Shown: positions 17,813-27,275, counted from the first letter of the stretch. The stretch is DNA of 33,950 bases from an uncultured Planctomycetaceae bacterium (GCA_964635645.1 CAZWOV010000001.1:1-33950); one strand, 5' to 3'. A program made the numbers and translations. The notes: generated from the sequence alone by a model not told the origin.

Positions 17813-17917
17813 GGCCGTTGCCTTACTGCGTGAAAACGATGAAATTCAATAAAAAGGAACACGGAATAAAATTTCCAGATTCCCCCCAAACAATTGAAAT
17901 TTTGAAGTTCTTTAAAT

Positions 17918-18556
17918 TCAAACCAAAAACTTCTCAATAATTTTTGAAATCTCCATACACTGAACGGCGGCGTGATTATCGTTTTCATCCACCGTAGGAT
18001 TAAACGCAACCGCCTGAATGTCTTCCGGAAGCTCTTTCAAAAAATCATGAAGCTGTTTCGGCGTTTCAATACGAAGAAGGTCATAGGCGGAAGGACGATC
18101 CAGTTTCGCCCGATAGTCTTTCGCTTTCTGATTTGAAGTGAAAAAAGCGATAACAAACGATTCTTTCGTCGCAATCGCGGCAAATTGCCCATTTGAACGA
18201 CGTAAGAAAAAAACGGGATAATCCCACGGCGAACGGGCCAGCGTCATCGTTTTGACCATATCGTACAAAGTCAGACAATTCGTTTCAAGACGCCCGTCGG
18301 CAAGAACAGAATCAATTGCGATGTAGGTAACCTGCGCAGGCTGGATCGCTATCACACGTCCCAATTCGCGCTCATTACGCAAAAAACGCACTTCCGCATC
18401 TTCAATTCCAACGGCTTCAATAAAATCTTCCGCCAATTTTTCCGTCGTGAAAACAAGAATAGCGTAATCCGGCTTGTCCTGCGGGCTATCCGGCGTTTCC
18501 ATCGTCGCGTAGCCTGAATTAATACGAATCACGTAAACAGGATAGGAGGAAATCAT
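17918..18556 (-). CDS. hypothetical protein made of two tandem homologous domains
   Basis: I prefer the ATG at 18556 (MISSYPVYVIR), which has AAGGAG 12 nt upstream. The track start at 18640 would overlap the end of lptB. The two halves align by eye: YPVYVIR/YPVFFLR, ILVFTTEKLAEDF/VIAFFTSNQKAKDY, VTYIAIDSV/IQAVAFNPTV. Confidence 0.7.
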   Translation of the reverse strand: MISSYPVYVIRINSGYATMETPDSPQDKPDYAILVFTTEKLAEDFIEAVGIEDAEVRFLRNERELGRVIAIQPAQVTYIAIDSVLADGRLETNCLTLYDMVKTMTLARSPWDYPVFFLRRSNGQFAAIATKESFVIAFFTSNQKAKDYRAKLDRPSAYDLLRIETPKQLHDFLKELPEDIQAVAFNPTVDENDNHAAVQCMEISKIIEKFLV

Positions 18557-18626
18557 CGTTTTTTCAAACTCCTTTGAAAATATCACTCTAATATTTTTGA
18601 AGAACGGTCCGTTTCTTCTTCCGCAT

Positions 18627-19655
18627 CTAAATTTCTTCAACTCGAACAGTGGACGACGAACTCATGGAACGAGTCTGGAAAAATCCGGAATTATTTTTAT
18701 TCAAACCGCTTTCGTCCGTTCTTCTATGAATTTCTCTCTTCGGCTCGGGAAACATCTTGAGAAGCGATTCCGTCAACGTAAGCAAAAGATTACGCTGAAC
18801 GGCGGGAACTCGCACAATCTCCCAGGGTTCGCCTTCCGCGTGAATCACGCCATTCTCCAGATAAATTGCCCGATCGCAAAGTTTAAGAATTTCGTCCACG
18901 CGATGATCCACGATGAGAATTGAAATGCCCATATCGCGGACTTTACGAAACATCTGTCCGCAAATATCGATTCCAGGAATATCAACGGCCGCAAAAGGCT
19001 CGTCCATAAGAATAAGTCTTGGTTTTCGGATAAAGGAACGGGCAATTTCCAAACGACGCTTTTCTCCTCCGGACAACTTGGAAACTTTTTCGTCCCGCCG
19101 TTTATACAAATCAAAAAGCGTCAAAAGCGAATCGCAGAAATCTTCGCGAGTACGAAGCTCCGGATCGTACGCGTCGATGCTCTTCCGCAAGTCTTTTGAG
19201 CTCATGATCTCCATAATTCCCAAAATATTTTGCCGCGTCGTGAGCCCGGCGAAAACGCTGGGTTTCTGCGGCAAATAGCAGACGCCATGAAGAGCCCTTT
19301 GATAGAGCGGAACGTTCGTAACAGGAATCCAGGACTGAACCTGCGGGTCAAACAGCAAAATTTTTCCGCCGGTCGGACGGGTTAAACCGGAAAGCATATC
19401 GAACGTAGTCGATTTTCCCGCGCCGTTCCCGCCGAGAAGTCCAACAATCTCTCCGGAATTAATCTGAAATGAAATTCCATTTACCGAATTGACTTTATGG
19501 AACATCCCAAATGTTTTAACAAGATTCTCCGCGCGAATAACGGGAATCTGCCCTTTCGCGCAAGCCAGCCCGGAAATCTCCTGCGGCGCCGCGGGAATAA
19601 CCGAGCTGGATATCTTATTGCCTGCTGGACCGGAATTTGAGGATAACTCTCTCAT
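18627..19655 (-). CDS. lptB: LPS export ABC transporter ATP-binding protein, with N- and C-terminal extensions
   Basis: Walker A GGNGAGKST. LptB-type signature LSGGEKRRLEIARSF. Walker B LILMDEPFAAVD. H-loop IVDHRV. I prefer the ATG at 19655, which has GGAG 8 nt upstream; the alternative start is 19703. Confidence 0.85.
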   Translation of the reverse strand: MRELSSNSGPAGNKISSSVIPAAPQEISGLACAKGQIPVIRAENLVKTFGMFHKVNSVNGISFQINSGEIVGLLGGNGAGKSTTFDMLSGLTRPTGGKILLFDPQVQSWIPVTNVPLYQRALHGVCYLPQKPSVFAGLTTRQNILGIMEIMSSKDLRKSIDAYDPELRTREDFCDSLLTLFDLYKRRDEKVSKLSGGEKRRLEIARSFIRKPRLILMDEPFAAVDIPGIDICGQMFRKVRDMGISILIVDHRVDEILKLCDRAIYLENGVIHAEGEPWEIVRVPAVQRNLLLTLTESLLKMFPEPKREIHRRTDESGLNKNNSGFFQTRSMSSSSTVRVEEI

Positions 19656-19795
19656 CTTCTTTTCTCCGTTTCCCATGCCTGATGGAAATCCGATTCTGAA
19701 CAATTCGCTCTCTTCGTACGGACTTTCTAAAAACAGTCCCTTGCTTGAAGTTTCCTGAAAAGACGATATTCATGGAACAGAAACATCATCGACGA

Positions 19796-21814
19796 CTATC
19801 GAATTTTTCTGAATTTGGCAAAATTGGGAATGAATGGTTTCCAGGTATGCGGCCAGTACACATAGTACGCTTCGCCAACCAGAAGCGATTCCGCAACGTA
19901 ATCTTCCATCACGTAGGAATTCCCGCGCGGTTCGTAATTCGGGTAAGTCCAGCATCGGCAATCCGCGCTGTTCGTACTATTATCTCCGAGCATAAAGTAC
20001 TGTTTTTCTTCGGCGGGAAACATAAAAAATTCTACCGCTCTCATTTCACGAAACGCATTCCACTGCTGCGGATCGGAGTAAAAACTAAAATCAGGCGTAA
20101 CGACCTGTTTGCCGCCGTACCCGTTATCCATTATGAAATCGCTCATCGAGGAATTATCCCGTCCTCTCGCCACATAATACAGATCCCGAAACAGCCCCAG
20201 ACCAGACAGATTTATCTCGCAATTACTGCATCCAATCTGAACCGGACAGTTAAGATCTTCTTCCGTCGGAACAAGCGGGTCCAAATCCAAATACGCAGTC
20301 GGAAGATCAAACTTCAAAACCTCTCCGTCAATCCAAACGTGAAGCTGGTCGTCTACATTGGCAAAACGAAACTGGTAAATATCGGTACCGTTCATGGAAG
20401 ACTGAGCTTTGGCAAAATAAAGTTTTTCCTTGTTCTCATTAATTTTTTCGTATTCTTCCTGCTTTTTCAGATCGTCGCCAAAATCAGGAACGGCGGGAAT
20501 TTCCAGCGTCACCTCGCCGTTCGCTAAATTGACCGCGCACCAGAAAACCTTTCCGCCGCGGCAAAGACCAACGCGAAACATCCCGGTTCTTTTGGAGCGG
20601 ACGTCCACTTTGCATTCCAGAATCAAATCCTTCACCCAGTGCCGTCCGTAAATATCGTCTGGAACTGAAACGGAAAGCGCACTGGAAACGCCGTCTTCAT
20701 ACGGCAATCTGTATGCGGAGCTAAGCGACGAATTATACGCCGTCAAATCCGTAATCAGACGCGGTTTCAACTGCGGAGTCTGCCCAAGTTCAACCTGCTG
20801 CCATTCGCGTTGCGAAAGAACAAGATTCTGATAAACGAGCCAGCCGGTCTGTTCGCCGGGGCGCGTCGATTTGAAATAAAATTCTTTCCCGTCGGCATGC
20901 TCTTTCCAGACGGAATACGCAATCGTATCGGAATTAATTTGAGCCTCGTTCATCTGACGCCAGCGCGGCAGACATTTGAGCCGACGAAGACGTTCGCTCT
21001 GAAAATCATTTTCATAAACGGGAATCATCGTCGCCAGAATCTTTTCCGGAGGCTTACGCGCGATACGAAATCCACGTTTCAAAAGCTCTCCATTCGACTC
21101 TATCATCTTCTGCTCGTACGGTTTTTTCAAGGCGGAATCTTCCCCCTGAATTTCCAAAGCGGAAGTAATCTTTTTTTCAGAATTTTCAACGGGTTGAAAA
21201 CTCTGAGGCGGCTTCACGTAAATATCGCCTCCCTGAATACGAATCGTCTCGCCCGGAAGACCGACGCAGCGTTTAATAAAATTCGTATTTCCGCCGCCTG
21301 GAAAAAGAAAAACCACAACGTCCCAGCGTTTCGGCCTGGAAAAGTAATACGGATATTTCCCGACCAGAATCCTGTCGCCGCTGAATTTAGGATTCGGATG
21401 ACCTTTTTTATCCTCCGCCTGAAAATCCATCAGCGCGTTGCAGTTTGGACAAAGACCGTAATCCGTCGATTCCCCCTGCACAACTCCGACCTGGAACGGC
21501 GCGGAACATTCGGGACAAACGACGTCCTTATGCTGACCAAAAAGCGTCGGAGCCATGGAACCCGTCGGTATGACGAACATTTCCGCAAGAAATGTTCTGA
21601 AAAGAAACGCAAGAACCAGGGCAATGGAGATCGACTCGAAAATCTCGCGAACAGACCGCCCCCAATTCTGCTCCTTATCGACATTTTCTGACGAAAGCGC
21701 ATTTTCGGAAACAGCGCCTAAATCCGGCTTTACCGCGCTTTGAGCCATTCCATGATCGGAAGGAATTTCATAGGCGGAAATTTCTGATCGTTTTTTCTTA
21801 TTTTGAGCCGACAC
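19796..21814 (-). CDS. lepB: signal peptidase I with a very large periplasmic insertion
   Basis: One transmembrane segment (ISIALVLAFLFRTFLAEMFV). Box B PTGSMAPTL (catalytic Ser). Box C GDRILV / RWDVVVF. Box D IKRCVGLPGETI (catalytic Lys). Box E YFMLGDNSTNSADCRCW. Roughly 400 residues separate boxes D and E. Confidence 0.9.
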   Translation of the reverse strand: MSAQNKKKRSEISAYEIPSDHGMAQSAVKPDLGAVSENALSSENVDKEQNWGRSVREIFESISIALVLAFLFRTFLAEMFVIPTGSMAPTLFGQHKDVVCPECSAPFQVGVVQGESTDYGLCPNCNALMDFQAEDKKGHPNPKFSGDRILVGKYPYYFSRPKRWDVVVFLFPGGGNTNFIKRCVGLPGETIRIQGGDIYVKPPQSFQPVENSEKKITSALEIQGEDSALKKPYEQKMIESNGELLKRGFRIARKPPEKILATMIPVYENDFQSERLRRLKCLPRWRQMNEAQINSDTIAYSVWKEHADGKEFYFKSTRPGEQTGWLVYQNLVLSQREWQQVELGQTPQLKPRLITDLTAYNSSLSSAYRLPYEDGVSSALSVSVPDDIYGRHWVKDLILECKVDVRSKRTGMFRVGLCRGGKVFWCAVNLANGEVTLEIPAVPDFGDDLKKQEEYEKINENKEKLYFAKAQSSMNGTDIYQFRFANVDDQLHVWIDGEVLKFDLPTAYLDLDPLVPTEEDLNCPVQIGCSNCEINLSGLGLFRDLYYVARGRDNSSMSDFIMDNGYGGKQVVTPDFSFYSDPQQWNAFREMRAVEFFMFPAEEKQYFMLGDNSTNSADCRCWTYPNYEPRGNSYVMEDYVAESLLVGEAYYVYWPHTWKPFIPNFAKFRKIR

Positions 21815-22009
21815 AGTCTCACCTGCTAAAATGACAATGTTTCAAATAAAAACAGTAAATGGAACGCAAAAAACAAAAGAAATCAACTTTTCGCCGCCGG
21901 CGTCCGGCCGATATCTAATGTCGAAAATCCATCTGCCAACAAATGCCGCCTTCGTCGGCAGAATGGAGAAAATAACCGATTTCTTAAGCGGAAACGACTT
22001 CCGGCCTGA

Positions 22010-23179
22010 TCACAGAATTCCCGGTTCCTTAACTTCGATCCCTTTCAGCGCCATCTTAAGCGCTTCCAGGTTCGGAGCTACTTCAAACGCTGTTTCACGC
22101 GTGATCATTTTCTTCTCTACCAAGTTCTTCAGAGAAAGCGTGAAGTCCTGCATTCCCTCCTGATAACCGATTCGAATCGCGTCCGCAAGTTTTTCGTCCT
22201 GTTCCTCGAGAATCAACTTCTGAATCGTCGGATTGAAAAACATGACTTCGCATGTCGGAACTCGCGAAACTCCGGGAAGAATGGATTTCAACAGCTTTTG
22301 CGCGACAATTCCCTTCAGGTTAAACGCAAGTGCGCTGCGAAGCGCTTTATGCATATCCTGCGGGAAAAGGTCAAGAATACGGTTAATTGTCGTTGGAGCG
22401 GTCGATGCGTGAATGGTTCCGAATACCAGGTGGCCCGTTTCCGAGGCGTGAATAGCCGTTTCAAACGTTTCCTGGTCTCGCATTTCTCCAACGAGAATAA
22501 TATCCGGGTCTTCTCGCACGGCATGCTTCATACCAATCATGAAGTCTTTCACATCCATCCCGATTTCACGCTGGTTAATAAGGCATTTATCTTCCGTAAA
22601 CGTAAATTCAATAGGGTCTTCAAGCGTCAGAATGTGCTTTTTGTAGCGCGCATTGATCCAGTTCAGCATGGAACCGATGGTAGTGGATTTTCCCGACCCG
22701 GTAATCCCCGCTAAAAGAATCATCCCCTGCGAATACTGACAAAGTTTTTCCAGCGAAGAAGGAAGAAACAATTTTTCAAATTCCGGAATCGTATTATTCA
22801 CACGACGGGCAACTAACCCCATATGCCCAAGCTGCTGGAGAATATTCACACGGAAACGCCACGCTATGCCGTCCACTTCCACTACGTGCGCAAAGTCGGC
22901 GCCCCCTTCGTCGTTGAAAATACGACGGTTGCGTTCGTCCATAATGTCGAACAGCATATCGACCATTTCTTCATCCGGAATAGGCGGATGATTCAAAGCT
23001 TTCAAATCGCCGCCAACTCGAATATACGGCGGACGATCCGCCTTAAGGTGAAGGTCGCTCCCCTTGAGCTTCACCAGCGCGGTAAAAAATTTATCGATTT
23101 TATGCGCGCGTTTCTTATGCCGCAATTTGTATTCGTCAGCCGCGATTTGAGCGGCTGTTTTCGGTGTTTCTGTTGACAT
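22010..23179 (-). CDS. pilT: type IV pilus retraction ATPase, PilT/PilU family
   Basis: Walker A GITGSGKSTT. Asp box ILTLEDPIEF. Walker B and His box ILVGEMRDQETFETAIHASETGHLVFGTIHA. I prefer the ATG at 23179 (MSTETPK), which has GGAAGGAAG just upstream. No other pilus genes are present in the window. Confidence 0.9.
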   Translation of the reverse strand: MSTETPKTAAQIAADEYKLRHKKRAHKIDKFFTALVKLKGSDLHLKADRPPYIRVGGDLKALNHPPIPDEEMVDMLFDIMDERNRRIFNDEGGADFAHVVEVDGIAWRFRVNILQQLGHMGLVARRVNNTIPEFEKLFLPSSLEKLCQYSQGMILLAGITGSGKSTTIGSMLNWINARYKKHILTLEDPIEFTFTEDKCLINQREIGMDVKDFMIGMKHAVREDPDIILVGEMRDQETFETAIHASETGHLVFGTIHASTAPTTINRILDLFPQDMHKALRSALAFNLKGIVAQKLLKSILPGVSRVPTCEVMFFNPTIQKLILEEQDEKLADAIRIGYQEGMQDFTLSLKNLVEKKMITRETAFEVAPNLEALKMALKGIEVKEPGIL

Positions 23180-23633
23180 GACTTCCTTCCCCGTAATATC
23201 AGTTTTCTGACGAACCGTTAAAGGACGTTTCAAATTCGCTCCAAACGCGGCAAAACGTCCCTGAATTTAATGTGCGTCGCCGTACCAGAAAATTCCCCGT
23301 TTCTTTATCGGAAAAAAATTTTCGAGTATTTTCTCTTCGCCTTCTTGAAGACGTAGAAAACGGCAAAAAGTCCGAAAAAGCAACCAAACTATCTTAAATT
23401 TTCCGTTTTTGCAGTTTCGGACGCTAACTTCTCCCAATACTTCCTGAAAATCCCAATAAATCGGCGGAGTATTCTGAAATCGTCCGCCGAAATCAATCCC
23501 TGCCTTAAATCATTAGTATATCACAAAAAAATTTCCCGTCAATCCACTCAACAGGAGTTTTCCAAAGACGGAAGATTCTCTTCTCCGAACTTTCTGAAAA
23601 TTCGAACTGTTTTAAAACAACCATTCGTTATCG

Positions 23634-25115
23634 TCAATCTGTTTTAAATTGAATAACGATTGACTCTTTCGTACCAAACGACTCGTTCAGAGGAAGCATA
23701 ATAAAATCGTCCGTAACAATCGGCGAGTACTCGCCCCCCTGAATAATAACCGGATTGGAAACTTTTTTCGGCAGAAATTCAAAAATCGGACGCCCTCCGC
23801 GCTGAGATCCGTTCCCATTAATAAGCGTAAAAGATTTTTCGCCGCGTAATGGAACAATGGTCAGCGTCCAGAGAGTTTTGCCGTCCGCGCAAGATTTTGA
23901 CGTCAGCGACTGCTGCCAGCCGGAATCCTGCGGAGCCAATGCGTTTTCCCAGGCGGGATCGCCGTAAAGAGCGACCGTATTCTGATCGAAAATCAAACCG
24001 CGCAGAAACATGCCATGGTCTTTCATCCCTTTTTTCAACGCCTCGGAAAGCGCTGGAACAAGTTCAAGCGCCTCTTTTCCATCGACGTCGTTTAACGCGG
24101 CGGAAAGACCGGGAACGAGTTTCTCCAACTGATACGTCAGAGCCTGATTATTCGCAAAAAAGGACTCTGCAAGCGTAAAACGACCGGGCTGCTCCAGATA
24201 ATAGTCCAATATTCCCCATCCCATAAATCCAAACCATGTCGGCGTAATATATCCAACCATCATATCGACGTTCAAAGAATGAATCATAGCCAGAGCCATA
24301 CTGTCCATATCGGCAATATGTCCAATCAGACAATTTCCAGACGCCAACCATATTTTTGAACGGGAGGATTTAACGGAAAATTTCTCCCCGTCCGTCGGAA
24401 CGCCGAACATCTCGCCGTTTTGCGACTGAAAGCAGCCGTTTCGATAAGAATAACCCAATTGCCAGTCCTTTTCCGTCGCATGCGCGGACGACACGACCAG
24501 CTGAGCGGAGTCAATTGCTTCTGCCAAAACGCGAGTCGTGTCGGAAGGTCCGTCGTCTCTGTCTATCGGCTCTTTTCCCCTTTCCTTTTCAACAAAATGA
24601 TTTCGTCTTCCCTCGTCGTACCAGACTCCGGACTCAAAAACATCAAGCGGAATCGACGTTCCGCCCGCCGCCCGCCGGACTGACGTTGGATCAACGTTAA
24701 CCATTCTCAAGGCGTCGTCGGCATTAAAACCGGTAACGATTCCCCAAATGGCGTCGGTAAACGGATCGTCGTCCAGCTTGCGCATCATCCGGTGAACGGA
24801 AATTACGAATTTTCTGCCAACTTCTTCCGGTTTCGCAACAAAACAAACGTAACGAGGCTGGAACGCCTTAAGCGCCTCCAACGTTTCTATCGCGTTTTCT
24901 TTCCAGACAAAACGACGACATTGAAATTTGTCCGCATATCGTTTCTCAAGAGTTTCCGCCGCGCTAAACCATGCGGAGTCCGCTTGCGTCGCTTCGCTGA
25001 AAACAATCGCGTAACCTGCGGTTTGTTCTCCGGCCTGAACAGTTTGAAAAACAGACAATATCAGACCTGCCGAAAATACAAACGCAAAAAAACGTCTAAA
25101 AGAGCTGAAAAACAT
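23634..25115 (-). CDS. secreted protein of unknown function; possibly a clan CD (gingipain-like) peptidase fold
   Basis: ORF 23634..25172. The start is probably the ATG at 25115, giving the signal peptide MFFSSFRRFFAFVFSAGLILSVFQTVQAGE. The order of the blocks YAIVFSE...PRYVCFV...DDDPFTDAIWGIVTG...VVSSAHATE...IWLASGNCLIGH recalls the His/Cys dyad layout of C25-type peptidases. That link is weak and from memory only. Confidence 0.6.
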   Translation of the reverse strand: MFFSSFRRFFAFVFSAGLILSVFQTVQAGEQTAGYAIVFSEATQADSAWFSAAETLEKRYADKFQCRRFVWKENAIETLEALKAFQPRYVCFVAKPEEVGRKFVISVHRMMRKLDDDPFTDAIWGIVTGFNADDALRMVNVDPTSVRRAAGGTSIPLDVFESGVWYDEGRRNHFVEKERGKEPIDRDDGPSDTTRVLAEAIDSAQLVVSSAHATEKDWQLGYSYRNGCFQSQNGEMFGVPTDGEKFSVKSSRSKIWLASGNCLIGHIADMDSMALAMIHSLNVDMMVGYITPTWFGFMGWGILDYYLEQPGRFTLAESFFANNQALTYQLEKLVPGLSAALNDVDGKEALELVPALSEALKKGMKDHGMFLRGLIFDQNTVALYGDPAWENALAPQDSGWQQSLTSKSCADGKTLWTLTIVPLRGEKSFTLINGNGSQRGGRPIFEFLPKKVSNPVIIQGGEYSPIVTDDFIMLPLNESFGTKESIVIQFKTD

Positions 25116-25261
25116 ACTTTTCCCTTTAAATTCAGATTCAGATTCAGATTTTCCGGTACTCTTTCCTTTCAAATTTTAGCGAAATCCAATTCAATTGTCA
25201 ATAGGTTGATAAAAAATTCGTTTCTACGACGCAACCGTTTCATGAGAAAATAAACGTTTCA

Positions 25262-25304
25262 GAAAAAAATCCTGAAAAGAACGTTAACGTTTTTCTCAGG
25301 ATTT
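25262..25304 (-). terminator. rho-independent terminator downstream of the HAD hydrolase gene
   Basis: AAATCCTGAAAAGAACG (25267-25283) pairs with CGTTTTTCTCAGGATTT (25288-25304), giving a 17-bp stem with 2 mismatches and a TTAA loop. On the minus strand a T7 run follows (25263-25269 on the plus strand is A-rich). Confidence 0.8.
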
Positions 25305-25330
25305 CCGCAATAAAATAAAGAAAAAAATCG

Positions 25331-26002
25331 TCAGTCCGTCCCGTCCGACTTCAATATCGTAAAAATTCTCGGATCGTCAAGCGATTCAAGACGAATATTC
25401 GCCATGGAAAAATCTTGCCGCCAGCTATGCTCGCCCGGCACGGCCGCGACAAAACCGCCGGCGGCGGCTCCTGAAACGCAACCGTTATGACTATCTTCAA
25501 GAATCATCATGCATTCCGCAGAAATTCCGAACCTTTCCGCGGCTAAAAGATAAATATCCGGCGCGGGTTTTCCATGAATCACGTCTTCTGAAGTAATAAT
25601 AAAATCAAATCGCGTATCCAAACCATGAAGCGGCAACATTCTGGAAACCAGTTCCCGACAACTGCTCGTGCACACCGCGCGGGGAATCTGAATTTCATCG
25701 AGAAAATCCAGCAAAACCGTCAGTCCGCGCATTGGCTGAAGGTACTCGGGCATGATTGAGAGAAAAATCTCGTTCGATTTTTTCTGAAGCTCCCGCCAGG
25801 AAACGTCAAGAGCGTTCCATTCAATCATCTTTTCAAAGGCGGCCTTCGGAGGAAGACCCATAACCTGGGCGCAAAGTTCCTGCGTGTATTCGCAACCAAA
25901 AAGGCGCATGAGCCGCGACCCCGTCTCAAAATAAACGTCCTCTGAATTAAACATCAGGCCGTCCATATCAAATGCGACAGCCAGAATTTCAGGTCTGGCC
26001 AT
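25331..26002 (-). CDS. HAD-IA family hydrolase (beta-phosphoglucomutase / sugar-phosphatase-like)
   Basis: Motif I AFDMDGLMFNSE (DxDG). Motif II CTSS. A conserved Lys in HGKPAPDIY. Motif IV LEDSHNG. Confidence 0.85.
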   Translation of the reverse strand: MARPEILAVAFDMDGLMFNSEDVYFETGSRLMRLFGCEYTQELCAQVMGLPPKAAFEKMIEWNALDVSWRELQKKSNEIFLSIMPEYLQPMRGLTVLLDFLDEIQIPRAVCTSSCRELVSRMLPLHGLDTRFDFIITSEDVIHGKPAPDIYLLAAERFGISAECMMILEDSHNGCVSGAAAGGFVAAVPGEHSWRQDFSMANIRLESLDDPRIFTILKSDGTD

Positions 26003-26020
26003 TCTTTAATTCCTAATTAC

Positions 26021-26974
26021 TCATCGTCCGCGCTGTTCGGGCTGAATCGGCTTGACTCGCATATTAATCGAATCCTGATACCCGGATTTTTTACGTTCAA
26101 GCTCAGCGACTCGAGAAGCAAGAGCCTGATTCGCCAACTTCATCGCCTGATTTTCCTGGGCAAAATTTTCATAGACTTTGCCTAAACGACTCTTATTCTC
26201 CGCCGCTATCGTTTTGGCAATCGGCTCCATCGCGTACTCGCCCAATTCGGCGCCCTCGCCGATAAGCGATTTAATATACTCAAGATGTTTTTCCTGTTTA
26301 GCTATGAAATCCTGAAGAATATATTCCTGATCCACATAATACCGAATGCGCGTGTCGAACGAAATATAATCTTCATTTTCACTTCCATACTCCGCTTTAT
26401 CTATCGGCATATTGAAGAAAAGCGTCCACGGTTCCATACTTCGGTCCGCAAGCAGCGCCGTCATGCGTTCGTTTACCTCATAGGCGACCCGGGTCGGTTC
26501 AATGGAAACATACGGTTGCGCCGTATCGCCGTCAATACCGAACTTTCGAACCGTAAAGCGTCCAAGATATTCAAGTTTTTCAGGATCGTTCTTGGTGGGA
26601 CGAAACGCGTAAAGAGGCGTATTCACAGGAAGCTGAACCTCCGTAATCCCAGGTATCGTCACGTGAAAAAGACGGTCGCTGGCAAATGTATTCCTAACGC
26701 GGCAATCCCGAAAAACCGGACCGCGAAGATCCTGAAGCGCTCGGAGATATTTTTCCTGTTCAAAAAGAGAACGGACGTATCCTTCCGTTTCCGGCTGACC
26801 TTTACCGTACTCGAAAACAAGAATTTCCTCCTGAAGCCGCTTCAGCTGCTCCGCCTGCTTATTGCCTTCCGTACGCCACACGCTGTGCGTTTTCAGCGTA
26901 ATCGCGGAAAAATAAAAACAGGCTCCAATAGCAACGACAATCAGACCAATCAGGATTTTATTAACAAGACACAT
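26021..26974 (-). CDS. membrane-anchored hypothetical protein with coiled-coil segments
   Basis: 317-aa ORF with an N-terminal transmembrane helix (ILIGLIVVAIGACFYFSAI). Heptad-like charged stretches occur near both ends (KQAEQLKRLQEEIL; QAMKLANQALASRVAELERKK). I recognise no family. Confidence 0.7.
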   Translation of the reverse strand: MCLVNKILIGLIVVAIGACFYFSAITLKTHSVWRTEGNKQAEQLKRLQEEILVFEYGKGQPETEGYVRSLFEQEKYLRALQDLRGPVFRDCRVRNTFASDRLFHVTIPGITEVQLPVNTPLYAFRPTKNDPEKLEYLGRFTVRKFGIDGDTAQPYVSIEPTRVAYEVNERMTALLADRSMEPWTLFFNMPIDKAEYGSENEDYISFDTRIRYYVDQEYILQDFIAKQEKHLEYIKSLIGEGAELGEYAMEPIAKTIAAENKSRLGKVYENFAQENQAMKLANQALASRVAELERKKSGYQDSINMRVKPIQPEQRGR

Positions 26975-27226
26975 ACCGGCACCGTCTGTTAAAGTTCTAT
27001 TTTAATATGTTCGCCAAAGCCGCGCAAAAAACGACGCTCCGACCGCATTTCTACCATCTTACCCCAGAGCGACGCTCTGTCAAGTTTGTTTTTCGGAAAT
27101 TTTAAGAATTTTGATAAAAATTTAAAATACGTCTGTTTTTTCCATACAATCGGAAACCTCCGTCGGGAACCGTAAAGATTCTTTTGCTTTTTTACGTGAA
27201 ATTTATCGAATGGCAGGATTCGGCGC

Positions 27227-27255
27227 TTGCTAAAAATCTTTTTTTCTGATATGAT
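27227..27255 (+). promoter_or_regulatory. putative sigma70 promoter (extended -10) for the hydrogenase gene
   Basis: TTGCTA (27227-27232), a 17-nt spacer, then TATGAT (27250-27255) preceded by TGa (27247-27249). This predicts a leader of about 90 nt. Confidence 0.5.
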
Positions 27256-27260
27256 GAAAT

Positions 27261-27275
27261 ATTGATTGAATCAAT
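27261..27275. promoter_or_regulatory. perfect 7-1-7 palindrome ATTGATT-G-AATCAAT at the predicted transcription start (operator-like)
   Basis: Read directly from the sequence. The two 7-nt arms are exact reverse complements. The site begins 6 nt after the putative -10 hexamer. Confidence 0.4.

Noticed and set aside
23461-23490. Perfect 8-bp hairpin, TCGGCGGA then a 14-nt loop then TCCGCCGA, between the secreted-protein gene and pilT.
   Set aside because: No convincing T-tract follows it on either strand, and the loop is long. It could be a weak terminator, but I cannot support a call.
25131-25148. Tandem hexamer (TTCAGA)x3 just upstream of the preferred start of the secreted 493-aa protein.
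   Set aside because: There are only three copies. It lies in the ambiguous region between the two candidate start codons, where it would encode SESESE if the start at 25172 were used. That is too short to argue for a functional or variable repeat.
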